DNA of 64,000 nt from Propionibacteriaceae bacterium (GTDB taxonomy: Bacteria > Actinomycetota > Actinomycetes > Propionibacteriales > Propionibacteriaceae), in NCBI GenBank assembly GCA_044225235.1, contig JBGAIX010000011.1, positions 31,452 to 95,451 of the forward strand, written 5' to 3'. This document shows positions 8,142 through 17,314 of this stretch, piece by piece. Position 1 is the first letter of the stretch. Each line of letters starts with the position of its first letter. Made by a program: the position numbers and the translations under genes. The notes under the pieces were generated by a model. It was not told the DNA's origin. It did no database searches and worked only from the letters and a program-made list of their open reading frames with translations.

Positions 8142-11100
8142 CTAGCGGCTGACCTTGACGACTTGGTAGTCGTGCTTGACGGCGTCGTCGTAGAACAGCA
8201 GCAAACCCTTCTGGCTGGAGCGGACGGGAGTCGTACTGGCCGTCACGCGCCACGACCTGGACCGATTCGGCGGAACCCGACGCGCGTCCGGGGCGCCCGC
8301 GATCTGGTACTTCGTCCGCCCGACCGTCCAACTCTGCCCCTCGATGGCGTCGGTGAACCGGAGGCTGAAGTAGTTGTCGTAGGCGTAGACACCGAAGTCG
8401 AAGGTCGACCCGGCGCGCAGTCCGAGTGCGCTGAGTGGGACGTTCAGGACGACCGTCGATGCGTAGTAGTCGGCGTCGGCGTAGTACGAAGCCGAGATCT
8501 CGTCGGCGTTGATGTCATAGACGTAGACCACCGACTGGGCCGAGGCCCCGAACCCTCCGTTCTCTTCTTGGAAGATGGCGTAGTCGGCGCTTCCATCGCG
8601 ATCGACATCCACGTCGACCTCGTACCCCGCGGGGTAGAGCGGGGTCACCTGGCGGCGATACGCCGCGATGGCGAATCCGAGCACGTCGTCCGCGGGGTCG
8701 TCGTAGACGCCGGTCGCGGCCAGATCGATCTGCGCCACGTTCGAACCGGGCGACCCGGGCTGCCCGGCACGAGGCTTCGGCAGCTTTCCACTGGTGCCGG
8801 TGAGGGCGTACGCGTGCACCCAGCCACTCCGCACCCGAGACCGGTTGCGCAGCTTGAGCGTCCCGCGGCCCTTCGCCAGCTTCACCGTGCTGCTGGCCTT
8901 CACCGAAGCGGACCGATGCGGCAGCACCGTCCAACCGAGGTGCAACCGCTGACTCCCCGTCGACGCCGTGATGAATCCGTCGAACTCGGGCCCGTTCAGT
9001 GCCGTGCCGTTGCTGGTGCTGCCGGCGCGGTGCACCAGCGGCCAGCTCTTCAGACGCTTCGGATCGACCGAGAAGCGGACCTTGACGGTCTTGGAGGACC
9101 GACCCCCAACACTGACCGAGCGTGGCACGGACACCTTGACCGCCCGACGGGCCTGGTCCGAGGCGTCGCGGAAGCTTGAGGACAAGCGGTAGCGATGACG
9201 GGTCCGGTCGTTGTTGTAGAGCTTGATCCGCACCGTGTAGGAGCTCTTCGTCGTCAGGCGCTGGATCCGCAGTCCGATGTTGCCGTTGCCGGTCTGCGTC
9301 GTCCGCAGCATGCTCGGGTTGTTGACGGCGGCACCGATCCGGAGTTCGCCGGCGCCGATCCGCGTGATCGGCGTGCGGTAGAAGTTCGCGTTCGCGTCAG
9401 GAGTGCGATTCGCGGTGCTCGCTGCGTTGAGGAGCCGGGCCTTGACCAGCGAGGGCTTGAGGCCGGGGTGACGGTCGAGGATCAGGGCGGCGGCGCCGGA
9501 GACCACCGGTGCGGCCCCGGAGGTGCCGCCGAACGCTGTCCGCTGATCGCCGGTTCCGACCTCTGCGCTCAGCCAGGCACCGGGGGCGCCGATGTCGGGC
9601 TTCGCGCGCCGGCCGGCGATGGCGACTCCGCGGCTGGTCGTGCCCACCACCGTGTTCCGGAGGGCCGTCGTTGCGCGGGGGTCGATCGCGACCTGAACGG
9701 TGCCGGCGGCGACTGCTCGCGACAGCGATGTGCCGATGTTCTGCGCAATGGTGAAGGACGGTTTGGTCACTGCGACACCGCCGCCGAACGAGAAGTCGGG
9801 CGGGTCGCCGCCGACGTTGTTCCAGATCACCACGGCAGACGCGCCGGCAGCCTGCGCGTTCTGGGCCTTCAACGAAACGTCACAGCTGCCACGCTTGACC
9901 AGCGCGATCGCGCCGGCCGGGAAACCGGCGAAGGTGCCCGCTGTGCAGCCCTCGTGATTGCCGTTCGGCTGGGCGAGACGCCCCTGGACGGTGCTGGCCG
10001 GAGCCGGGGACCAGGGCTGCAGCCGAGCATGCCGGACAACGTTCCCGGGCAGCCCGGGGATCTGCGGCGACACCACCTTGATGGAAAACAGCTTGTCGTC
10101 GGGCAGTGCGGTCTGGGCAACGCTGATCGCTCGCGCTGCGGTCGACGGGGAGCCGACGTTGAACGGGCGGTCCGCGTCGTTCCCGGCCGAGGCAACCGCC
10201 ACCACACCGGCGCGCACCAGGTTGTCCACGGCGAGGCTGGAGTCGTCCTCGGTCTGCCCGTACGTCTGCCCGAGAGAGAGGTTCACGATGTCCATCGCAT
10301 CGGAGATGTCGTTGTCGCCGTTCGGATCGAGGGCCCAGTCCAGGCCCTCCAGCAGAGCCACCCCGTTGCACGCGCTGGACTGCGCGGAGCAGACCTTGAC
10401 GGCGTAGAGGCTGACGCCCGGAGCGATTCCCTTGTGGCTGCCGTCGGCACTGCGGCCGCCCAGGATGTCCGCGACGTGGGTGCCGTGGCCTTCGGCATCG
10501 ATGGGGTTGGGATCGCGGCGCACGCTCCCACCAGGCCATGCTTCTCCGACGAAGTCGTAGCCGCCCTTGACCTTCGGAGCAGAGGGTCCGAACAACGCGG
10601 CGCAGGCGCCGACCGGCGCGGCGTCTCGGGCGGAACCCTGGTAGCAACTCTGGTAAGCGGCCGACGTGCCGGGCCCACCCAGGTACTGATGGGTGAAATC
10701 GATCCCGCTGTCGAGCACGGCGACCTTGATGCCCCGGCCGTCATAGCCCGCGTTGCGGATCGGGGTTGCACCCAGGTACTGGGCGGCCTGCGCAAGGCTG
10801 CCGGACCCGCCGGGGTCGGCGTTGACCTCGTAGTGGCCGACCGGCTTGACCGACACGACGCCCGGGATCTCCGCCAGGTCGTCGACCTTTGTCGCCGGAA
10901 CGCTTACTGCGACGGCATTCACCGCCAAGGTCGCGCGGCCAAGGCTGCGCGCGCCGAGCTTCTTCGCCTCCCGAATCACGCGGTCCTGCTGGGCCTCGAC
11001 ATCGTCAGTCCGCGCCTGCTGCGACTCCTTCGACGGAAGCTCGCCGTCGGTGATCGCGTCCTCCGGGACCGCCTCGGCAACCGGCGCCTCGGAGAGGCGC

Positions 11101-11315
11101 ACGGACACCGTGATCCGTCCCTTGGCGCGCCGCAGGGACGGGGCGACCACCGCCTTGCCGTCGTCGGGGTGGGCCGGCTCGACGAGCCGAAGCCGGGCTG
11201 CGTCGCCCGCATCGGCGCTCGCGGTGCCGCTCGTGCTGACGATCAGCCCTGGCACCAGGGCTAGCCCGACGAGCGCGTAGACGGGCTTGCGAAGGTCGAA
11301 TCGGGAGCGTCGCAT
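8142..11315 (-). CDS. secreted S8 (subtilisin-like) serine peptidase with PA-domain insert and long C-terminal extension
   Basis: 1057 aa. Signal peptide MRRSRFDLRKPVYALVGLALVPGLIVSTSGTASA. Catalytic triad blocks VAVLDSGID, GHGTHVADILGG, GTSGAAPVVSGAAAL. Confidence 0.9.
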   Translation of the reverse strand: MRRSRFDLRKPVYALVGLALVPGLIVSTSGTASADAGDAARLRLVEPAHPDDGKAVVAPSLRRAKGRITVSVRLSEAPVAEAVPEDAITDGELPSKESQQARTDDVEAQQDRVIREAKKLGARSLGRATLAVNAVAVSVPATKVDDLAEIPGVVSVKPVGHYEVNADPGGSGSLAQAAQYLGATPIRNAGYDGRGIKVAVLDSGIDFTHQYLGGPGTSAAYQSCYQGSARDAAPVGACAALFGPSAPKVKGGYDFVGEAWPGGSVRRDPNPIDAEGHGTHVADILGGRSADGSHKGIAPGVSLYAVKVCSAQSSACNGVALLEGLDWALDPNGDNDISDAMDIVNLSLGQTYGQTEDDSSLAVDNLVRAGVVAVASAGNDADRPFNVGSPSTAARAISVAQTALPDDKLFSIKVVSPQIPGLPGNVVRHARLQPWSPAPASTVQGRLAQPNGNHEGCTAGTFAGFPAGAIALVKRGSCDVSLKAQNAQAAGASAVVIWNNVGGDPPDFSFGGGVAVTKPSFTIAQNIGTSLSRAVAAGTVQVAIDPRATTALRNTVVGTTSRGVAIAGRRAKPDIGAPGAWLSAEVGTGDQRTAFGGTSGAAPVVSGAAALILDRHPGLKPSLVKARLLNAASTANRTPDANANFYRTPITRIGAGELRIGAAVNNPSMLRTTQTGNGNIGLRIQRLTTKSSYTVRIKLYNNDRTRHRYRLSSSFRDASDQARRAVKVSVPRSVSVGGRSSKTVKVRFSVDPKRLKSWPLVHRAGSTSNGTALNGPEFDGFITASTGSQRLHLGWTVLPHRSASVKASSTVKLAKGRGTLKLRNRSRVRSGWVHAYALTGTSGKLPKPRAGQPGSPGSNVAQIDLAATGVYDDPADDVLGFAIAAYRRQVTPLYPAGYEVDVDVDRDGSADYAIFQEENGGFGASAQSVVYVYDINADEISASYYADADYYASTVVLNVPLSALGLRAGSTFDFGVYAYDNYFSLRFTDAIEGQSWTVGRTKYQIAGAPDARRVPPNRSRSWRVTASTTPVRSSQKGLLLFYDDAVKHDYQVVKVSR

Positions 11316-11607
11316 GCGGAATCCTCACGGGTTGCGGACGTGATCCCCACCACCTTGACATCCGATTCGCGGATTGAAGAAATCCCTGGTACAGCCTGTC
11401 GCAGATCCGTCTTGGCCCATCGGTTCGGTTGACCGGAGCGAACCACACACCTGCGGGAGGTGCTGGGAGGGAGCGTTGCGGGTGCCCGCGGCTGATCCGG
11501 CCCGAAACCGGATGCGCTAGTCGGACCGCATGTTCAAGCCTTAGGCTGTCAATCTACGACGGGAGCGGCGAGTGCCCCGGGGGTCCGTCGCACGAAAGAG
11601 GTCGCGC

Positions 11608-12003
11608 GTGACGGGGTCCACCACCCCCTCGATCCTGCTGGTCGAGGACAACCTGCTCAACCAGATGGTTGCGCTGGGAATGCTGCGCCTCCTCGGGCAC
11701 TCGGCGGATGTCGCGGAGAACGGTGTGCAGGCGTTGCGGGCGCTCAGCGAAGCACCGTACGACATCGTTTTGATGGACATCCAGATGCCCGAGCTCGATG
11801 GCCTCGAAGCCACCCGTCGAATCCGGGTCGAGTTCCCGGAGGAGCGTCAGCCGTACATCATCGCCCTCACCGCGAACGCCATGGTCGGCGATCGCCAGCG
11901 GTGCCTGGAAGCGGGCATGGACGACTACATCGCCAAGCCGCTGACCAAGGACAACCTGGCCGCGGCGCTGCGTGGTGCGGACGGACGCGCCGTCGCGCAG
12001 TGA
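11608..12003 (+). CDS. single-domain response regulator (receiver only)
   Basis: ORF track 11572..12003. GTG 11608 follows AAAGAGG. Motifs ILLVEDN, phospho-acceptor block DIVLMDIQMPELDG, LTANA, KP. Confidence 0.85.
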   Translation: MTGSTTPSILLVEDNLLNQMVALGMLRLLGHSADVAENGVQALRALSEAPYDIVLMDIQMPELDGLEATRRIRVEFPEERQPYIIALTANAMVGDRQRCLEAGMDDYIAKPLTKDNLAAALRGADGRAVAQ

Positions 12004-12073
12004 GCGCTCTGGCGTCGCCGGACGCCACCTATTCTTTGAGCATCGTTCTCGGGGTCGCCAGAAAGTGCACAGC

Positions 12074-15000
12074 ATGAGCACAGCCTCCCCGTCGCGCGCG
12101 CCCAGCGCGTTCAGTGCCCGCGTCTCGCCCCTACTGTTGCCGCTGGGGCTCGCCTGGGCGTTGGTCATCGCCGGAGTGACGACGTTGGTCGTCGTCCTCG
12201 GGCGCGACTCGGCTGTCTCGCAGATCGTGTCCAATCTCGGCTTCCTGCTCGCTCTTCTCTTCGGTTCCGCACTGTGTGCGCGCGCGGCGTGGCCGAAGTC
12301 CCCGGTCCGCCGCGGCTGGGGCCTGATGTCGTTGGCCACCCTCGCCGGTGCGATCAGCCAGAGTGGCTACGTCATCGATGCGTTCACCCGTACGCCGCAA
12401 CGGGAGGGCACCGCCGATCTGATCGCGGTGCTTGGGTATTCGATACCGACCCTCGCCGCATTGGTCGCATTCCCGATCCCGCCCGATCCGCTGATCTCAC
12501 GCTTCCGGCGCGTCATGGACGTCCTCGTCATCACGAGCGCGACGATCCTGATCAGCGAGGCGACGGTGCTCCGGTCAGTTGCGGCGACCACCGACGAGTC
12601 GAGCTTTCGAGGTCTCCTCGCCTTCGGATACCCGATCACCGACATCGCGTTCTGCGCCTTCGTTCTGTGCCTCGGGATGCGCCAGCTCCCTGGCGACCGG
12701 CTGACCTGGTTGGTGCTCGGGTCCGGGCTGGTCATCTTGGCAGTCTCGGACAGCATCTACGCGCGAATGCTTGCCGAGGGGCAGCAGCATCTGACCGCTA
12801 CGGCGCTGGTCGCCGGCTGGATGACAGCTCCGGTGCTGATCGGGCTGGCGACGCTGATACCGATGACCAGCCACGTCGGTACCGGCCCCGATCTCACCTT
12901 GGCGGTCCAGCTGGTGCCCTACGTCCCGGTGCTCGGCGCACTCGTGGTGTTGGGGTTGGGCGGTGCGACCCGGGACGCGTTCCTCCTCATCGGCGGCATC
13001 ATCTTGGTGGTCCTGGTGACGGTCCGCCAAGTCATGATCGTCTGGGAGAACGTCACGCTGACCAAGGACCTGGAGGCCAAGGTTGCGGCGAGAACTGCCC
13101 AGTTGACGACGCTCGGCTCGATCGTCACCTCGTCCAGCGACGCGATCGTCGGCATCTCGTTGGACGCCGAGGTCACCGCGTGGAACCCAGCAGCCGAACG
13201 GCTGTACGGTCACAGCGCGGAGGACGTGGTCGGCGGCCAGCTGGAGTTCTTGCCGGCGAGGGCAGCCGATGTCGTTCAAGGCCTGTTGACCAGCGCGCAG
13301 AACGGCGAGCAACTCAGTTCGTTCGAGGCTGACTGGCAGCGCCCCGACGGCAGCAGCGTTCCGGTCGCGATGACGGTATCGCCCATCGTGGATGGCACCG
13401 GGGTGAAGGGGATCTCGGTCTCTGGCCAGGACATCACGGAGCGACGCCGGGCCGCCGCGGCGCTGGAGAAGGCGCGTGAGGAGGCGCTGGAGTCGTCTCG
13501 GCTGAAGTCGGAGTTCCTCGCGACGATGAGTCACGAGATCCGGACGCCGATGAACGGGGTCATCGGCCTCACCTCGCTGCTCCTCGAGACCGAGCTGGAC
13601 GAGGTGCAGCGGCAGTACGCGGACGGCGTGCGGGGCGCGGGGGAGGCGTTGCTGAGCGTCATCAACGACATCCTGGACTTCTCCAAGCTGGAGGCCGGCA
13701 AGGTCATCCTCGACCCGGTGCCGTTCAACCCGAGGCGGCTGGTCGAGGACGTTGGTGCCCTACTCGCCCCGGCCGCCTCGGCGAAGCGCCTCGAATTGAT
13801 CGCGTACTGCCTCCCCGAGGTGCCGAACGGTGTGATCGGTGACCCGGGTCGGATTCGGCAGATCCTGCTCAACCTCGCTTCCAATGCGGTGAAGTTCACC
13901 TCCGAAGGCGAGGTCGCCGTCAAGGTCAAGCGGGTGCGTGGTGATGACCGTCGGGTACGGATCCGGTTCGAGATCTCCGACACCGGGATCGGCATCGCCG
14001 AGAAGGATCAGCACCGCCTCTTCCAGTCGTTCTCGCAGGCCGACGCGTCGACCACCCGCAGATTCGGTGGCACCGGCCTCGGCCTTGCCATCTCGCGTCG
14101 CCTCGTCGAGGTGATGGGCGGCGACATCGGCATGGAGAGCGAAGTCGGCGTCGGCAGCCTGTTCTGGTTCGAGATCGACCTGCCGGCGACCGATCGGGTG
14201 GCCGACGAACCCGGTGAGCTTCGACCTGACCTGCTCGCTGGCCTGCGCGCCCTCGTGGTCGACGACAACGCCACCAACCGCACCATCCTGGAGGCTCAGC
14301 TGACCTCGTGGCGGATGCGTCCGGACATGGTCAGCAACGCCCGCTCCGCCCTCGACTGGCTCGCGTCCGCGTCCGCGGCCGGCGAGCCGTTTGATCTCGC
14401 GATCCTGGACATGCAGATGCCCGACATCGACGGACTGCAGCTCGCCGAGATGATCAGCGCGCGGCCGGCAACCGCCGGGCTGCCGATGGTGATGCTCACG
14501 TCGAGCTTGCAGCCGGATCGGCAATCGCTGCACGCGGCTGGGATCGGGCAGTGGTTGACGAAACCGGTGAAGAGTTCGGAGCTGTACGACCGCCTGATGC
14601 GGCTGATGGCGCCCCGCGAACTCGAGGTAGCCGCCCGGCGCACAAAGGTCAACGACGCTGTCGAAGCGCGGCGGGCAGACAAGGGGCGCGTGCTCGTCGT
14701 GGAGGACAACGCGCTCAATCAGATGGTCGCCGAAGGATTGGTGTCGCGTCTCGGCTACAGCCAGGACAGCGTGGCGAACGGCGCCGAGGCACTCGCCGCC
14801 CTCGCAACCACGAGCTATTGCGCCGTCCTGATGGACTGCCATATGCCCGTCATGGACGGGTTCACCGCCACACGGGAGATTCGCGCGAGAGAACGAGCCG
14901 CGGCTCGGGCACCGATGCCGGTGATCGCCATGACCGCCGGCGCGCTCAGCGAGGACCGTGAGCGCTGCCTGGAAGCCGGGATGGACGACTACGTGCCGAA

Positions 15001-15556
15001 GCCGGTCGAGTTCCCGGCGCTGGCAGCGGTCCTGGAGAAGTGGGTTGGAGCTGCCCTGCCGCCGTTCGAGGACGTCCAGCAGGACTCGAACCGTGTGGCT
15101 GAGGGGCGGGCGGACAACGCCGACCTGACGCTGCGTCTGCTCGACGGCATTCCGAACGAACGGGAGGGTGACGTGGCGGAGATGGCTGAGCAGCCAGACG
15201 AGGACGATGTGATCGAGCGCGATCGGTTGGCCGACCTGATGGAGCTCGAGGCCCCGGACGGGAGCAGCCTGCTCGCGACGATGGTGGACGCGTACCGGCG
15301 GCGCAGCATCGAGCGCGCGGCCACACTGCGTGCCGCCGTGGTCTCCGGGAACCGAGACGAGGTCGCCGCCGCGGCGCACGAATTGAAGGGGGCTGCCGGC
15401 ACGATCGGTGCCAGCCACGTCGCTGAGGTCTGTCGCACGCTGGAGCTCGCCGCACGGGGCAATGGGCCGCTACCGATCGAGATGCTCGACGACCTTGACC
15501 GAGAGGTCGTGCGAGCCAACGAAGCGCTACTGCGCCTCGACGCATCGGTCAGCTGA
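12074..15556 (+). CDS. hybrid sensor histidine kinase: membrane domain-PAS-HisKA-HATPase-REC-REC-HPt
   Basis: ORF track 11972..15556; ATG 12074 chosen. About 330-aa polytopic N-terminus, then PAS (SDAIVGISLDAEVTAWNPAAERLYGH). H-box SHEIRTPMNGV; N/G1/G2 boxes (NLASNAVKFT, DTGIGI, GGTGLGLAIS). Receivers DLAILDMQMPDIDG and AVLMDCHMPVMDG. HPt AHELKGAAGTIG. Confidence 0.9.
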   Translation: MSTASPSRAPSAFSARVSPLLLPLGLAWALVIAGVTTLVVVLGRDSAVSQIVSNLGFLLALLFGSALCARAAWPKSPVRRGWGLMSLATLAGAISQSGYVIDAFTRTPQREGTADLIAVLGYSIPTLAALVAFPIPPDPLISRFRRVMDVLVITSATILISEATVLRSVAATTDESSFRGLLAFGYPITDIAFCAFVLCLGMRQLPGDRLTWLVLGSGLVILAVSDSIYARMLAEGQQHLTATALVAGWMTAPVLIGLATLIPMTSHVGTGPDLTLAVQLVPYVPVLGALVVLGLGGATRDAFLLIGGIILVVLVTVRQVMIVWENVTLTKDLEAKVAARTAQLTTLGSIVTSSSDAIVGISLDAEVTAWNPAAERLYGHSAEDVVGGQLEFLPARAADVVQGLLTSAQNGEQLSSFEADWQRPDGSSVPVAMTVSPIVDGTGVKGISVSGQDITERRRAAAALEKAREEALESSRLKSEFLATMSHEIRTPMNGVIGLTSLLLETELDEVQRQYADGVRGAGEALLSVINDILDFSKLEAGKVILDPVPFNPRRLVEDVGALLAPAASAKRLELIAYCLPEVPNGVIGDPGRIRQILLNLASNAVKFTSEGEVAVKVKRVRGDDRRVRIRFEISDTGIGIAEKDQHRLFQSFSQADASTTRRFGGTGLGLAISRRLVEVMGGDIGMESEVGVGSLFWFEIDLPATDRVADEPGELRPDLLAGLRALVVDDNATNRTILEAQLTSWRMRPDMVSNARSALDWLASASAAGEPFDLAILDMQMPDIDGLQLAEMISARPATAGLPMVMLTSSLQPDRQSLHAAGIGQWLTKPVKSSELYDRLMRLMAPRELEVAARRTKVNDAVEARRADKGRVLVVEDNALNQMVAEGLVSRLGYSQDSVANGAEALAALATTSYCAVLMDCHMPVMDGFTATREIRARERAAARAPMPVIAMTAGALSEDRERCLEAGMDDYVPKPVEFPALAAVLEKWVGAALPPFEDVQQDSNRVAEGRADNADLTLRLLDGIPNEREGDVAEMAEQPDEDDVIERDRLADLMELEAPDGSSLLATMVDAYRRRSIERAATLRAAVVSGNRDEVAAAAHELKGAAGTIGASHVAEVCRTLELAARGNGPLPIEMLDDLDREVVRANEALLRLDASVS

Positions 15557-16922
15557 CGTCTCTCGCTGCGCCCAGCTTGTGGCGCACCCAGATGTGTGGC
15601 TCGACGTATCGCCCGCTGTTGGTGGCCAGGTCCACCTCGAGAACCGCGTGTCCGCCGGGGATGACATAGGCCCCGCTCTCGGGAAGGTCCATGTCGACCC
15701 AGTCCTGCCACTCCTCCACGGACCCGGTCACCGTGCTCGACTCCTCCGCGATTCGCAATACCTCCGCGCCAGCAGCGCGATGGAGCCGAAGCATCGGGTC
15801 GAAGGGCTCGCCCGACCGGGTCTGCCAGCCTGCGTAGCGTTCGATCGGCGTCAGCGGGTAGCTCGCCTTTGCCTCCGGGCGGACAGGGACCAGTAGCGAT
15901 TCCGCGCCGGTCGCTGTCGCCGCGGCGAGCATTCCGCGAAGGATCTGCATCCCGGGGTCGATCGCCGTCGCGTGCGGCGCGACTGTCAACGAGAGCATGC
16001 AGATCGAGTCCGCGAGTTGTCCCCGCTCGAGCATCTCGGCACTTCGTCGGAGCGCGTCGTCCGAGCCGAGCGGTAGGTCCTCTGCGGAGCCGTTCCAGTG
16101 CAGCGGTATCGCGATTCCCACTCCGCTGAGCACGTCGTCCTGCGACAGGAGCAGCATCTGGCGTTCCGGGGTACCGAGCAGCAACTCGTCGACGTCGACG
16201 GAGTGACTGGAGCGTCCCTCAGTGAGGAAGGTAGGCAGGCCAGCCGCGACCAGCGCCGACATTTCCTGAGCGAGGTCGGGGCGATCGGCGAGGGTGACGA
16301 CTCGGTACTCGTCCTTGGCCGGGGCAGGCGCCGATCGGGCGACGCCGCTGTAGCGCTGGGTGCGACGGCCGGTGGCACCGCGAAAGTCGGCCGCATAGTA
16401 GGTCTGGGTGTCCAGCGGCTCGATGCTGGTGCTTGCAGACAGCAGCCGTGCTGCGCGGCGACCGATTCCCTGCTCGTTGTTGAAGTCGCAGATGTCGAAC
16501 CCGACCACCCCGTGTGCGGCAACCAGCCGCCGGTTGACGTGCTCGGCCATGATCAGCAACGCGTTCGACCGCCGGAAATGCTGGTCGACGAGCGTGTAGC
16601 CCAGGTAGAACAACGCCCCTCGGCCGACGGCGTCCGGGTAGCGCGCTTCGAAGTACTGCGCGTTGATCCACGGGATGGCAGACATGTCGGTGGTGAGCGT
16701 CGTCAGAGCGACGATTTTCGTCCCGTCGTCGTCCCACACCACGTGCTTCTCGATCCGGGGATCGGTCATCTCGTCGGTGAACTCGTCGAAGGTCAGTACG
16801 TGGCGCGCAGCAGCCTGCACCAAGAGGTGCTCCCACGCCTCGACGTAGGTCGGGTAGAGCGTGCGGATCAGGTCCTCGCTGAGGACATGCTCCGTAGTCG
16901 TCTTCACAGGATGGTCCCTCAC
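15549..16922 (-). CDS. two-domain protein of unknown function; the C-terminal half resembles an actinobacterial GNAT-like acyltransferase family
   Basis: 457-aa ORF with good high-GC3 codon pattern. The C-terminal block YPLTPIERYAGWQTRSGEPFDPMLRLHRAAGAEVL...VEEWQDWVDMDLPESGAYVIPGG...YVEPHIWVRH matches, from memory, proteins annotated GNAT-family in streptomycetes. I do not recognise the N-terminal about 190 aa. The stop overlaps the kinase stop by 8 bp. Confidence 0.6.
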   Translation of the reverse strand: MRDHPVKTTTEHVLSEDLIRTLYPTYVEAWEHLLVQAAARHVLTFDEFTDEMTDPRIEKHVVWDDDGTKIVALTTLTTDMSAIPWINAQYFEARYPDAVGRGALFYLGYTLVDQHFRRSNALLIMAEHVNRRLVAAHGVVGFDICDFNNEQGIGRRAARLLSASTSIEPLDTQTYYAADFRGATGRRTQRYSGVARSAPAPAKDEYRVVTLADRPDLAQEMSALVAAGLPTFLTEGRSSHSVDVDELLLGTPERQMLLLSQDDVLSGVGIAIPLHWNGSAEDLPLGSDDALRRSAEMLERGQLADSICMLSLTVAPHATAIDPGMQILRGMLAAATATGAESLLVPVRPEAKASYPLTPIERYAGWQTRSGEPFDPMLRLHRAAGAEVLRIAEESSTVTGSVEEWQDWVDMDLPESGAYVIPGGHAVLEVDLATNSGRYVEPHIWVRHKLGAARDVS

Positions 16923-17314
16923 GTGTCCGGGTCACGGTCCATCCGACGCCCGGGGGCGGCGCGCCATCCGCTGGGACTTCGGAACCTCAATTACTTCGGC
17001 GACCGGGACTTTACCCGAGCGAGCCGAGCCGCGCGGGCCGTCCTGTGATGATCTTTGGACCGGGGTCGCTCAGCCGCGGCGGAGGTCCAGGGTCACCTCC
17101 CCGCGCCCGCTCCGCTGCTGCTGGCGGCCTCGCTGCTGCCCGCCGGGACGAGGCACCGGCGTTGCCCGGCCGCGCGGCCCCGACGCCGCGCGGCCGACGC
17201 TCGCTCGCCAGCCCGACGGCCGACCTCGAACCCGACTCGAGGGGATGACGGTGCGTCGCGTTCCGGGAGCCGGTGTCCAGGTCGGCTCCAGGTCGGGGAC
17301 TCACCGGCATCTCT

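Noticed and set aside
9195-11264. 689-aa plus-strand ORF
   Set aside because: It is antisense to the S8 protease gene, which has an intact catalytic triad and signal peptide.
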